NCBI GenBank assembly: GCA_043779945.1
Contig: JAYWDH010000185.1
Location: 1-56,644, forward strand
Source: Microbacteriaceae bacterium
Lineage (GTDB): Bacteria > Actinomycetota > Actinomycetes > Actinomycetales > Microbacteriaceae
DNA: 56,644 nucleotides
Direction of reading: 5' to 3'
The notes under the pieces were generated by a model. The model did no database searches, was not told the DNA's origin, and worked only from the letters and a program-made list of their open reading frames with translations. A program made the translations under genes and the position numbers. Of this stretch, positions 9,553 through 19,570 are shown in pieces; the stretch's first letter is position 1, and every line of letters starts with the position of its first letter.

Positions 9553-10461
9553 ATGGATCCGATCCGCACCCGCTACGAGCCCAGGTTCGAGGTGTCGCTG
9601 CACCTGACGCTCGGTCCGCTCGGGCAAGGCAGCGCGGATCCGACCATCCGAAGGGACGCCGGGGGCACCTGGCTCACGATGGCCACCCCCGCCGGTGCCG
9701 CCAGCCTGCACCTCCACTCCCGGGCGGGTGGCATCGACGCCGCATCGTGGGGGCCGGGCGCGGAGCACGCGATCGCCGGAGTCCCGGCGCTGCTCGGTGC
9801 GGATGACGACGACACCGGTTTCGATCCGAGCGCCCATCCGCTCGTGGCCGAACTGCACCACCGTACGCGGGGGCTACGGCTGACCCGAGCTGCCCGCATC
9901 CTGCCGTTCCTCATTCCCACCGTGCTCGCGCAGAAGGTCACCGGCATCGAAGCGAAGCGCGCCTGGCGCGAGTTGGTTCTTCGACACGGCGACCCCGCGC
10001 CGGGTCCAGCGCCGCTCGGCATGCGGGTCGCGCCGTCGCCCGCGGTCTGGCGGCGGGTTCCGTCGTGGGAATGGCATCGAGCCGGGGTCGGGCCCCAGCG
10101 TTCCGGAACGATCATGAGTGTGGTGCGGGTCGGTGAGGCGCTCGAGCGCGCGGCCGGCGACACTATCCCGGATGCCATGCGTAAGCTCCGCGGGATCCCG
10201 GGCGTCGGCGTCTGGACGGTTGCCGAGACGCTGCAGCGCTCGCACGGCGACCCGGATGCTGTGAGCGTCGGCGACTTCCATGTGAGCAAGCGGGTGGGCT
10301 GGGCGCTGATCGGCGAGCGCGTCGACGACGACCGGATGATGGAGCTGCTCGAGCCGTGGCGCGGCCACCGGCAGCGGGTCGTGCGCCTCATCGAGGCGGC
10401 CGGCATCGGCTACGAACGGCACGGACCGCGCATGACGATCGTCGATAACTGTCGCCGGTAG
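9553..10461 (+). CDS. DNA-3-methyladenine glycosylase II-like (AlkA / HhH-GPD superfamily)
   Basis: VLAQKVT, HhH motif LRGIPGVG.WT, 'D.VSVGDFH', LEPW.GHR. A TAGGCT -10 just upstream supports ATG 9553. Confidence 0.8.
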   Translation: MDPIRTRYEPRFEVSLHLTLGPLGQGSADPTIRRDAGGTWLTMATPAGAASLHLHSRAGGIDAASWGPGAEHAIAGVPALLGADDDDTGFDPSAHPLVAELHHRTRGLRLTRAARILPFLIPTVLAQKVTGIEAKRAWRELVLRHGDPAPGPAPLGMRVAPSPAVWRRVPSWEWHRAGVGPQRSGTIMSVVRVGEALERAAGDTIPDAMRKLRGIPGVGVWTVAETLQRSHGDPDAVSVGDFHVSKRVGWALIGERVDDDRMMELLEPWRGHRQRVVRLIEAAGIGYERHGPRMTIVDNCRR

Positions 10462-10562
10462 CGGACAGGGCACGAAGGCTGGCGGCTCAGGAGACTCTGG
10501 CATCCGGACCTTCAGTCGTCAGGCCACTGTGTGATCTCGGTAGCGCGTGGTGCCGGAAATCG

Positions 10563-11078
10563 CTACGCTGCTGCGGTCGTGCGGCTCGTCGGTAGGCCGT
10601 ATTCGCTAGCGATGACGCACGCCTCGGGGTTGAGCTTGTCGAGCACGTGCAGCGAGGCGTCGCCGAAGGCCACCCGCTGGTCCTGGCGAAGCACGTCGAA
10701 GAAGAGTTCGCGGATGGCCGCGTTGTGATTGCGCATCGCACCAAGCAGCACGCGGCGCCCCTCGGTGGTGGGCGCGATCCAGGTGCCACGACCGTCGGTG
10801 TCGCACTCGGCGCGCGAGACGAGCGCGCGCGCCTCCATGCGGGCCACCTGATGCGAGACTCGGCTCTTCTCCCAGGCCAGAAGTTCGGCGAGTTCGCCGG
10901 TGCGCAGTTGATGGTTGCTGGCCTGCTGCAGCACGAGGAGCACCGAGTAGTCGGCGTGCGAGATGCCGGCGTCGCTCTGCAGCCGACGGTCCAGCTCACG
11001 GGAAAGTTGACTGCTCATCGTCATGAAGTCGCGCCAGACCACCCAGTCCTGATCGCTCAGTACCTCGTCGGTCGCCAT
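10563..11078 (-). CDS. MarR-family transcriptional regulator
   Basis: Y.VL..L, ELAELL.WEKSR.SHQV.RME, D.RG winged-helix motif. Confidence 0.9.
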   Translation of the reverse strand: MATDEVLSDQDWVVWRDFMTMSSQLSRELDRRLQSDAGISHADYSVLLVLQQASNHQLRTGELAELLAWEKSRVSHQVARMEARALVSRAECDTDGRGTWIAPTTEGRRVLLGAMRNHNAAIRELFFDVLRQDQRVAFGDASLHVLDKLNPEACVIASEYGLPTSRTTAAA

Positions 11079-11263
11079 GGCGGAGATATTACTCGGGAGA
11101 GGGGTTCACGGGTCTGGGTTTTTGCGCGCTGGGTCCGCGTCCCGCTGACCCTGATCTGTGCGTGGTCCAGGCAGAATTGCCGGAATCGAGCCAAAATTGC
11201 ACAAAAACTGCTTCCCGGTCCTGAATTACCTACCGGATCACCCGCGCTCAGCGAGACTGGGGC

Positions 11264-14200
11264 GTGACCTTCGAGCTGAACGTGCCGCCGAGCCATCCGT
11301 CGACCGATGGGATCCCGAGCGCCGAGGACACCGTCGCGCTGGTACGCCGCTGGCTGAAGTCAAGTGCCGACGTGAAACCCGATCCGAGTGCGCAGCGCCT
11401 CGCCGGGGTGCTCAAAGACCCGCGCGGACTCGAGTTCACCCTCGGCTTCGTCGACAAGGTGGTGCGCCCCGAGGACATCCGAGTTGCCGCCAAGAACCTC
11501 GAGTTACTGGCTCGCAGGATCCCGCGTTTTCTGCCCTGGTACCTGCGGGCCGCCATCGCCCTCGGTGGCGGTTTCGCACGGATCTTCCCGTGGCCGATCA
11601 TCCCGATCTCGCGCGCCGTGCTGCGGCGCATGGTGGCGCACCTCGTGGTCGACGCCGATCCGAAGAGGCTCGGTAAGACGCTGCGCACCCTGCGCACTCG
11701 CGGCATCCGGCTCAATGTGAACCTGCTCGGGGAGGCTGTGCTGGGCGACAGGGAGGCGCGCGGGCGTCTGGCCGGAACCCAAGAGTTGCTGGCCAGGGAC
11801 GACGTCGACTACGTGTCCGTGAAGGTCTCCTCGGTCGTCAGCCAGCTCTCGATGTGGGGTTTCGACGAGACCGTGACGCGCGTGGTCGAGCGGCTGACGC
11901 CGCTGTACGAGCAGGCTGCAGTATCCAGGTCGACCAAGTTCATCAACCTCGACATGGAGGAGTACCGCGATCTCGACCTCACGATCGCGGTCTTCACCGC
12001 CCTGCTCGAGCAGCCCGCGCTGAAGCGCCTAGAGGCGGGCATCGTGCTGCAGGCGTACCTGCCGGACTCGGTCGCTGCCTTGGATCACCTCACCACATGG
12101 GCGCGCCAGCGGGTCGCCGAGGGCGGTGCCGGCATCAAGGTGCGCATCGTCAAGGGCGCCAACCTCGCGATGGAGCACGTCGACGCGACCGTGCACGGCT
12201 GGCCGCTCGCCACCTGGTCGACCAAACAGCAAACTGACTCCAACTACAAGCGCCTCCTGGTGCGTGCCTTCACCCCGCAGAACACGGACGCCGTGCGCAT
12301 CGGTGTCGCGGGCCACAACCTGTTCGACCTCGCCTTCGCGTGGCTCCTGGCCACCGGACGCGGCGTGCAGCACCGAGTCGAGATCGAGATGCTGCTCGGC
12401 ATGGCGACCGCTCAGGCTTCCGCGGTGCGGACGGAGACCGGTGGGCTGCTGCTCTACACGCCGGTCGTGCATCCGGGCGAGTTCGATTCGGCGATCAGCT
12501 ATCTTGTGCGCCGCCTCGAAGAGAACGCGTCGAGCGAAAACTTCATGTCAGGGGTGTTCGAGCTTAACGACGGCGAAATTTTTGCACGCGAGGCCGACCG
12601 GTTCGCCGCGTCGCTGCGGGACCTGGATGACGAGGTGCCGCCCGCTCGGCGCGTGCAGAACCGACTGAACCCCGCGCTGCCCGAGAGTGCCCTCGCCTTC
12701 GACAACGAGCCGGACACCGACCCAGCCATCGCAATCAACCGCGAGTGGGCGTGCGCGGTGCTTGAGCGCAGCGCGAACACGGAGTTGGGTCTCGCCACGC
12801 TCGCGGCCTCCCGCGTAACCGAGTTGCCCGTTCTGCAGTCCCGCATCGCGGCGGCCGCTGCTGCGGGACGGGACTGGGGCCGTACCAGCGCCTCCGACCG
12901 TGCCGACCTCCTCGACAACGTGGGCGAAGTGCTCGCCGTCTTCCGAGGTCGGCTGATCGAGGTCATGGCGGCCGAGACCGGCAAGACCATTGCCGAGGCG
13001 GATGTCGAGGTCAGCGAGGCCGTCGACTTCGCCCGCTACTACGCGGCTCGCGCGCGCGAACTCGACAGCATCGATGGAGCAACGTTCCACCCTGAGGCGC
13101 TCACGCTCGTCGTGCCGCCGTGGAACTTTCCCGTGTCGATCCCAGCTGGCGGAGTGCTGTCGGCTCTCGCCTCCGGGAGCGCTGTGCTGCTTAAGCCCGC
13201 ACCGCAAGCCCGTCGGAGCGGCGCCGTGCTGGCCGAGGCGATCTGGGAGGGGGGTATTCCGCGCGAGGTGTTCGGCTTCATCGACGTCGAGGAGAACGAG
13301 GTCGGCCGCGCGCTCGTGACTGCCCCTGAGCTTGGGCGCGTGGTGCTCACCGGGAGCTACGAGACGGCCGCACTGTTCCGATCCTGGAAGCCCGGACTCC
13401 CGCTGCTGGCCGAGACCAGCGGCAAGAACTCGATCATCGTCACGCCGAGTGCCGACCTCGACCTCGCCGTCAGCGACGTCGTCAAGAGCGCCTTCGGCAA
13501 CGCCGGGCAGAAGTGCTCGGCGGCTTCACTCGTGATCTTGGTCGGCTCGGTCGCCAAGTCGGAGCGCTTCCGTCGCCAGCTGGCCGACGCCACCGCGACG
13601 CTCGCGGTCGGCTATCCACTCGATCCCGCCACCCAAATGGGGCCGGTCATCGAGCCGGTCTCCGGGAAGCTCGCGCGCGGCCTCACCACGCTCGCCGAGG
13701 GCGAGAGTTGGGTCGTCAAGCCGCGCCAGCTCGACGAGACCGACAAGCTGTGGTCGCCGGGTGTTCGCGACGGGGTCGCCCCCGGCAGCGAGTTCCACCT
13801 GACCGAGTACTTCGGCCCGGTGCTCGGGATCATGGAGGCCTCATCGCTGGAAGAAGCCATGGCGCTGCAGAATGCGGTCGCCTACGGGCTGACGGCCGGT
13901 ATCCACTCGCTCGATCCTGCCGAGGTCACGACCTGGCTGGGCGGCGTGCAGGCCGGCAACCTCTACGTCAACCGTCCCATCACCGGCGCGATCGTGCGTC
14001 GCCAGCCGTTCGGCGGCTGGAAGCGGTCCACTGTCGGCCCCGGCGCCAAGGCCGGCGGCCCGAACACCCTCCTCGTGCTCGGCTCCTGGACCCCGGATGC
14101 CGCCGCCCCGAGTGGCGAGCTGCATCTCGACGACCTCGACGCCCGGGTGAGCGCGATCATCGAGGCCTCCCAGCCAGCCATCGACTACGCCGAGTTCGAG

Positions 14201-14761
14201 GCGGTGCGCCGTGGTGCGCTCTCGGACCGGGATGCCTGGGCCGGGGAGTTCGCGGTTGCCCGTGACGTGTCGGCGCTCGAGGTGGAGCGCAACGTGTTCC
14301 GCTACCGGGCGGCAACCACCACGATCCGCCTCGCCGAGGGCGGCTCGCTCGCTGAGTTCGTACGCGTGCTCGCCGCCGGCGTGCTGGCACGGGCCAACGT
14401 GCGCATCAGTTCCGCGATCCCGTTACCGTCCGGTCTGCTGCCGCTGATCGGCGCAACCGATCTCGGCGGCGAGCTGGTGTTCGGCATCGAGTCGGTCTCA
14501 ATAGAAGGCGACGCCGCGTTCGCCACGCGCGTGCGCACCAAGCTGCCCAGCCGCATCCGTCTGATCTCGGCGCCCGGCTCGACGACTGCCGACGCGCTCG
14601 CGACCGCAATCGACGGCACCCCGGATGTCGCCGTCTGGGCCGGCCCGGTCACTCCAGCAGGGCGGCTTGAGCTACTGCCCTTCCTGCGCGAGCAAGCCGT
14701 CTCGATCACCGCGCACCGCTTCGGCAACCCGGACCGCGGAATGATCGGGCTTGCGCTCTGA
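11264..14761 (+). CDS. putA: Bifunctional proline dehydrogenase / P5C (glutamate semialdehyde) dehydrogenase
   Basis: PRODH motifs NLDMEEY, QAYL, R.VKGAN, YLVRRLEEN. ALDH motifs PWNFP, LTGS, ETSGKN, catalytic GQKCSA, EYFGP, QPFGGWK.S. Confidence 0.95.
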   Translation: MTFELNVPPSHPSTDGIPSAEDTVALVRRWLKSSADVKPDPSAQRLAGVLKDPRGLEFTLGFVDKVVRPEDIRVAAKNLELLARRIPRFLPWYLRAAIALGGGFARIFPWPIIPISRAVLRRMVAHLVVDADPKRLGKTLRTLRTRGIRLNVNLLGEAVLGDREARGRLAGTQELLARDDVDYVSVKVSSVVSQLSMWGFDETVTRVVERLTPLYEQAAVSRSTKFINLDMEEYRDLDLTIAVFTALLEQPALKRLEAGIVLQAYLPDSVAALDHLTTWARQRVAEGGAGIKVRIVKGANLAMEHVDATVHGWPLATWSTKQQTDSNYKRLLVRAFTPQNTDAVRIGVAGHNLFDLAFAWLLATGRGVQHRVEIEMLLGMATAQASAVRTETGGLLLYTPVVHPGEFDSAISYLVRRLEENASSENFMSGVFELNDGEIFAREADRFAASLRDLDDEVPPARRVQNRLNPALPESALAFDNEPDTDPAIAINREWACAVLERSANTELGLATLAASRVTELPVLQSRIAAAAAAGRDWGRTSASDRADLLDNVGEVLAVFRGRLIEVMAAETGKTIAEADVEVSEAVDFARYYAARARELDSIDGATFHPEALTLVVPPWNFPVSIPAGGVLSALASGSAVLLKPAPQARRSGAVLAEAIWEGGIPREVFGFIDVEENEVGRALVTAPELGRVVLTGSYETAALFRSWKPGLPLLAETSGKNSIIVTPSADLDLAVSDVVKSAFGNAGQKCSAASLVILVGSVAKSERFRRQLADATATLAVGYPLDPATQMGPVIEPVSGKLARGLTTLAEGESWVVKPRQLDETDKLWSPGVRDGVAPGSEFHLTEYFGPVLGIMEASSLEEAMALQNAVAYGLTAGIHSLDPAEVTTWLGGVQAGNLYVNRPITGAIVRRQPFGGWKRSTVGPGAKAGGPNTLLVLGSWTPDAAAPSGELHLDDLDARVSAIIEASQPAIDYAEFEAVRRGALSDRDAWAGEFAVARDVSALEVERNVFRYRAATTTIRLAEGGSLAEFVRVLAAGVLARANVRISSAIPLPSGLLPLIGATDLGGELVFGIESVSIEGDAAFATRVRTKLPSRIRLISAPGSTTADALATAIDGTPDVAVWAGPVTPAGRLELLPFLREQAVSITAHRFGNPDRGMIGLAL

Positions 14762-14800
14762 GCGCGCGCCGCGCCGCCGGAGCGCTCCTAGGCTGAACTC

Positions 14801-15637
14801 ATGAGCCGCATCATCCCGAATATCACCCTCAACACGGGCGCGACCATTCCGCAGCTAGGACTCGGTACGTGGCCGCTGAACGACGCCGAAGTTGCGGATG
14901 CCGTGGTCGCCGCCGCCGAAATCGGCTACCGGCACGTCGACACTGCCACCAGGTACGGCAACGAGACCGGCGTCGGCGAGGGCGTGCGGCGTTCCGGGCT
15001 CGCCCGCGCGGACTGGTTCGTCACGACGAAGCTCGACGGCGAGTTCCAGGGCGACGACCGGGCGATCGGCGGGCTGGCGGCGGCCCTCGATCGGCTGAAG
15101 TTCGACTACGTTGACCTGCTGCTCATTCACTGGCCATTGCCGAAACGCGGCGAGTTCGTCAGCACCTGGCGCACCTTCGAGAAGCTCATGGCCGGAGGGC
15201 TCGCGCGGGCGATTGGCACGTCCAACTTCACGCCGGCTCACCTCGAGGTGCTGCTGGCCGAGACCGGGATCGTGCCCGCGGTCAATCAGTTGCAGATCAG
15301 CCCCGCGATCCCGCGCGAGTCGTCGCGCGCCTTCGACAACGCGCACGGGATCGTCATCGAGTCGTGGAGTCCGCTCGGCGGCGAGGGCGCGCCGCTGCTC
15401 GGCGACCCGGCGATCACGGCGCTCGGGGAGAAGCACAGCAAGTCGCCCGCCCAAGTCGTGCTCCGTTGGCACGTGCAGAACGGGTTGGTCGCGATCCCCA
15501 AGAGCGCGACCCGTTCCCGGATGGCCGACAACCTCGCGATCTTCGACTTCGAACTCGACGCCGACGACCTCGCGCAACTCGCGACGCTCTCGCAGGGACC
15601 GGATGCCGGGGTCGACTCCGACCGCATGGGGCACTGA
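14801..15637 (+). CDS. Aldo/keto reductase (2,5-DKG reductase-like, AKR5)
   Basis: GLGTW, GYRHVDTA..Y.NE, TTK, DLLLIHWP, IG.SNF, WSPLG, IPKS. Confidence 0.9.
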   Translation: MSRIIPNITLNTGATIPQLGLGTWPLNDAEVADAVVAAAEIGYRHVDTATRYGNETGVGEGVRRSGLARADWFVTTKLDGEFQGDDRAIGGLAAALDRLKFDYVDLLLIHWPLPKRGEFVSTWRTFEKLMAGGLARAIGTSNFTPAHLEVLLAETGIVPAVNQLQISPAIPRESSRAFDNAHGIVIESWSPLGGEGAPLLGDPAITALGEKHSKSPAQVVLRWHVQNGLVAIPKSATRSRMADNLAIFDFELDADDLAQLATLSQGPDAGVDSDRMGH

Positions 15638-15686
15638 GCTCATTCGTTGCGCCGCGGCTACCGCCCGGCGCGCGTTCGAAGTTGCG

Positions 15687-15763
15687 AAATGCAGGAGCGG
15701 ATGGGGCGTGTGGTAGCTGGATGACACGGAAGTGGCATCTGCCGCTCCGCCACTCCTGCATTT
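15687..15763. repeat. Intergenic inverted repeat (AAATGCAGGAG...CTCCTGCATTT), REP-like element or bidirectional terminator
   Basis: Perfect 11-bp arms about 55 bp apart, between the convergent AKR and GntR genes. Confidence 0.55.
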
Positions 15764-15800
15764 GATAAGTCCGGATGCCGGAGCCGGAGCCCTCGGTCTC

Positions 15801-16154
15801 TCAACCGAGGGCAGCCCGCACGTAGTCGAGCGCGGCATCCGGGCTGACACCCAGGGCCCGGATGCGCGCCGAGTAGGCGGTGGCAGCCTCCTGGGCGGCG
15901 TGAGCAAGGGCATCCGTCGACAGGGAGATGAACGTGCCGTTGCGGCCGCGGGTCTCGATAGCACCGGCCGCCTCAAGCTCCCGGTAGCTACGGGCGACCG
16001 TGTTGACAGCCAGGCCCAACTCCGACGCGAGCGCTCGCACGGTGGGCAGGCGAGTTCCGGCGGGCAACGAACCGTCGGCGATCCCCGAGAGCACCTGCGC
16101 CCGCAGCTGCTCGAACGGGGGGAACGCCGAGTGCTCGTCGATTGAGAACGTCAT
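15801..16154 (-). CDS. GntR-family regulator (short YtrA subfamily)
   Basis: PPFEQLR, G.LP.G.RLPTVR.LA..LG.AVNTVARSY.ELE, RGR.GTF. About 117 aa from ATG 16154. Confidence 0.9.
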   Translation of the reverse strand: MTFSIDEHSAFPPFEQLRAQVLSGIADGSLPAGTRLPTVRALASELGLAVNTVARSYRELEAAGAIETRGRNGTFISLSTDALAHAAQEAATAYSARIRALGVSPDAALDYVRAALG

Positions 16155-16427
16155 GAGGTGCTCCGCGCGTGCGTCGGCTGCCGGCTCGAGCTGCGCCACC
16201 AGGCCGCCGCCGCCCTGTCGGTTGCGCTCGTTGCACTGAGTGCGCCGGGAGCACGCGTTGCACTGAGTGCACCCGCTGAACCGGCTGGCGACGGCCCGAG
16301 CGCGCCGGTTGGGAGGGTGACGCCCTCGCTCTTAGATGCCTTCGGGACGGTCAGCAACTCCGAAAGGTGGATCAGCGGGTCATCTTCGACGGCGGCACCG
16401 GTTCCGTAACTCGAAGTTCCGATGCCA

Positions 16428-16670
16428 TCAGCTCTCGGGCTGACTCCGGTTCGCCAGCAGCGCCGCAAGGTCGGCGGCGACATCCGGCGTTCCGGCCGCC
16501 GCGACGTTGGCCGCGGCGATCGCGTCGATCACTTCGTGCCGTTGGATGCGCACCCCGGAGGGCGCGTCAACTCCGATGCGGATGGCGTCACCTTTGATCT
16601 CGAGAATGGTGATGACGATGTCGTCTCCGACGAGGATCCGCTCCCCACGTTTACGCGTCAGGACCAGCAC
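16428..16670 (-). CDS. csrA: Carbon storage regulator / flagellin translational repressor, FliW-type with C-terminal extension
   Basis: MLVLTRK.GE.I..GDDI, IG.DAP, R44, and Asn at position 55 in the extension. Confidence 0.93.
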   Translation of the reverse strand: MLVLTRKRGERILVGDDIVITILEIKGDAIRIGVDAPSGVRIQRHEVIDAIAAANVAAAGTPDVAADLAALLANRSQPES

Positions 16671-16679
16671 ATCGTCAGC

Positions 16680-17534
16680 CTATCCCAACGTGTCGGACCA
16701 CCCCACGGGCAGCCCGAGGCGGCTGACCGTGTCCGGGGTTCTGGTCTCGACGCCGTGCAGCACCGCAATGGCCTGGGCGGGTACGCCGCCGCGCACCAGG
16801 CTGACCCACGCCACCGTGTCCTCGGATTTGCGCGAGGCGTCGACGACGATCCAGATCTGGTCGGCATCGATGGCGCGAAGGGTCGGCAGGCCAGCCTGCA
16901 CGTCCGAGGCGCCCAGTCCGATGCTCCAGGCCAGCAGCCCCATGGAGCCGGACCGGATGCACTGAGCCCGAAACGCGGCCGCCTGGCGCCGGTCATCCAC
17001 GCGGGGCAGCGCGTCGCCGAGGATGCGGCCGCCCATTCGCAGCTCGGATGAGCCAACGCCGTGGGCCAGCGAACGGGCCACCAGCATGGCGTCGTCGCCG
17101 AGCCCGATGAACAGTACAATGCCGCCGGGTGTGTCGTGCAGCGCGGGGGCTCCGGCAGACACGATCATGCCAGCATTTGGCACCTCCGCATACGAGCGCA
17201 GCTCCGACATCAGCCGGGCGAAGTCGTCGGTCTGTGTCGAGACAGCCGGGATCACAGGCACGCCGACGGGCGGCATTTCCGCCCGTTCGACCCGGTCGGC
17301 TTGATCAAGCAGCGCTGCGAGGCCGACCGCGTTTGGCCGTTTGGGCTGCGATCCTGAGGCGGGTGCGACATCGACCACGATGTCGAGGTAGCGGCGCGCG
17401 AAGAAGCCGCCGACCCCGCCAACTCGCACCTCGGAGGCCGACACGATCCGCGCGGATGCACCGAACTCTGACTGCACACGGGCGGACAGTTCGTCAGGCG
17501 ACAGCTCGTCAAACGGCAATCTGATCGACGGCAC
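16680..17534 (-). CDS. FlhF-like protein with degenerate SRP-GTPase domain
   Basis: Directly downstream of flhA. FlhF-type N-terminus (A.IVS...V..GG..GFF....V), 'VVDASRK' resembling the FlhF LV..AT.K region, and no GxxGxGKT P-loop. Confidence 0.65.
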   Translation of the reverse strand: MPSIRLPFDELSPDELSARVQSEFGASARIVSASEVRVGGVGGFFARRYLDIVVDVAPASGSQPKRPNAVGLAALLDQADRVERAEMPPVGVPVIPAVSTQTDDFARLMSELRSYAEVPNAGMIVSAGAPALHDTPGGIVLFIGLGDDAMLVARSLAHGVGSSELRMGGRILGDALPRVDDRRQAAAFRAQCIRSGSMGLLAWSIGLGASDVQAGLPTLRAIDADQIWIVVDASRKSEDTVAWVSLVRGGVPAQAIAVLHGVETRTPDTVSRLGLPVGWSDTLG

Positions 17535-19554
17535 GGATCACCCCCACCGTTTCGATTCGGGGGTGCGCCGAGGTGACCTCTAAGTAGGAGAGCACGGGGA
17601 GATCGCCCGGGTTGGGCGCAAACAGCCGACGCACGGCCGAACGCAGCGCCGGAGCGCACGCGATGACGGCGGGATCGCCGCCCGCCTCTGCGGCCGTGCG
17701 CGCCTCCACGAGCGAGGTCATTATGGCGTGTAGGCGGTCCGCATCGAGCACGATCTGTGGTCCCTGCTCCGACGGGCGCAGTCCCTCGAGCATGGCCTGC
17801 TCCAGCAGCGGCTCGATCATGATGACTCGCAGCGTTGCGTCCTTGAGGTGACGTTCCGCGAGGACAGGACCAAGCGCTGCCCTGGCTGACTCGATCAGGC
17901 CGTCCGCATCGGTGGACACCCGAGCCCGCAGCGCAAGTGCCTCGTAGATGCGCGACAGGTCGTTGATCGGGACGCCTTCGGACAGCAGCCCTTGCAGCAC
18001 GCGCTGCACCTCGGCCAGGGACAGCAGCGACGGGATCAACTCGTCGACTGCCGAGGGATTGATCGACTTGACGCCGTCGGTGAGCACCCGCACGTCCTCC
18101 CGGCTGAGTAGGCGGGCCGCGTTGTTCGTGATCACCGATGACAGGTGGGTGATGATCACCGAGGCGCGATCGATCACCGTCGCACCCCCGAGCTCGGCTC
18201 CGTGACGAAGTTCCGCGGGGATCCATTTCCCCGCCAGACCGAACACCGGATCGACCGTCGAGATGCCCGGCAGAGCATCCAGGGCGTCCCCGAGCGCCAG
18301 CACCTTGCCGGGTGGGGCGATGCCGCGTCCAGCCTCAGTCCCCGCAACCTTGATGAGATAGGTGGATGCCGGCAGGTCAAGGCTGTCGCGGGTGCGCACC
18401 GGCGGCACCACCATTCCGAGTTCCATCGCGAGGCGGCGACGCAGCGCACGCACCCGCGAGAGCAGATCATCGCCGGCGCCCGACGCGAGCTCAACCAGGT
18501 CGGGCGCGAGCAGCACCTCGAGGGCGTGCACCCGCATCTGCTCGATGAGGTTCTCGGGGCTGTCGGGGTTTGCGGTGGGTGCCTGGCCGCTGGTCTCCGC
18601 GGCAATCGCCTCTCGGCGCTGCCGCGCACCGATGCGCCGCGACGCGACGATGAGACTCAAACCAATGACGAGGAACGGAATCACCGGCATCCCCGGAATC
18701 AGCGCCAGCGCGATGGCGGCGCAGCCAGCGACGAGCACCGCGACGCGCGACTGCGACAGCTGCGCCGAGGTCATCGACCCCATGTCCGCGTCCACGTTCG
18801 ACCGGGTCACGATCATGCCCGTGGAGACCGCCATGAGCAGCGCTGGGATCTGGCTGACCAGTCCGTCACCGATTGTCAGCAGCGTGTACTTGTTGACCGC
18901 GTCGCCGATCGCCATGCCGTTCTGGAACATCCCGATCGCGATCCCGCCGATGATGTTGATAATGATGATGACGATGCCCGCGATCGCGTCGCCCTTCACG
19001 AACTTCGATGCGCCATCCATCGACCCGTAGAAGTCCGCCTCGGCCGAGACCTCGGCTCGGCGGCGGCGTGCTTCGGCCTCGGTGATGGTTCCCGCGTTCA
19101 GGTCGGCGTCGATCGCCATCTGCTTGCCAGGCATCGCGTCCAGAGTGAAGCGGGCGCCGACCTCGGCCACACGCTCCGCACCCTTGGTCACAACGACGAA
19201 TTGGATGACGACGAGAATCAGGAAGATGACCGCCCCGATGATCAGCGATCCGCCGACCGCCACCTGACCGAGCGATCCGATCACTTGCCCCGCATACCCG
19301 GTGCTCAGCACCAGCCGAGTGGATGCCACGTTCAGCCCCAGCCGGAACAGCGTCGCCACGAGCAGTAGCGATGGGAAGACCGAAAAGTCCAATGGCTTCT
19401 TGACGAACATCGTGGTCAGCAGGATCAGCAGCGCAAACATGATGTTGATGACGATGAGAATGTCCAGCAACCAGGCAGGGATTGGCACCACCAGCAGCAG
19501 CACGATTCCCACCACCCCAACCGGGACGGCGTATGTCGGCAGATTCTTTCTCAC
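17509..19554 (-). CDS. flhA: Flagellar export gate protein FlhA
   Basis: FPSLLL..TLFRL.LNVASTR, RVAEVGARFTLDAMPGKQMAIDADL, FYGSMDGASKFVKGD, VLSY.E. GTG 19554 follows AAGGAG. Confidence 0.96.
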   Translation of the reverse strand: MRKNLPTYAVPVGVVGIVLLLVVPIPAWLLDILIVINIMFALLILLTTMFVKKPLDFSVFPSLLLVATLFRLGLNVASTRLVLSTGYAGQVIGSLGQVAVGGSLIIGAVIFLILVVIQFVVVTKGAERVAEVGARFTLDAMPGKQMAIDADLNAGTITEAEARRRRAEVSAEADFYGSMDGASKFVKGDAIAGIVIIIINIIGGIAIGMFQNGMAIGDAVNKYTLLTIGDGLVSQIPALLMAVSTGMIVTRSNVDADMGSMTSAQLSQSRVAVLVAGCAAIALALIPGMPVIPFLVIGLSLIVASRRIGARQRREAIAAETSGQAPTANPDSPENLIEQMRVHALEVLLAPDLVELASGAGDDLLSRVRALRRRLAMELGMVVPPVRTRDSLDLPASTYLIKVAGTEAGRGIAPPGKVLALGDALDALPGISTVDPVFGLAGKWIPAELRHGAELGGATVIDRASVIITHLSSVITNNAARLLSREDVRVLTDGVKSINPSAVDELIPSLLSLAEVQRVLQGLLSEGVPINDLSRIYEALALRARVSTDADGLIESARAALGPVLAERHLKDATLRVIMIEPLLEQAMLEGLRPSEQGPQIVLDADRLHAIMTSLVEARTAAEAGGDPAVIACAPALRSAVRRLFAPNPGDLPVLSYLEVTSAHPRIETVGVIRAVDQIAV

Positions 19555-19570
19555 TATGGACTCCTTGCTG

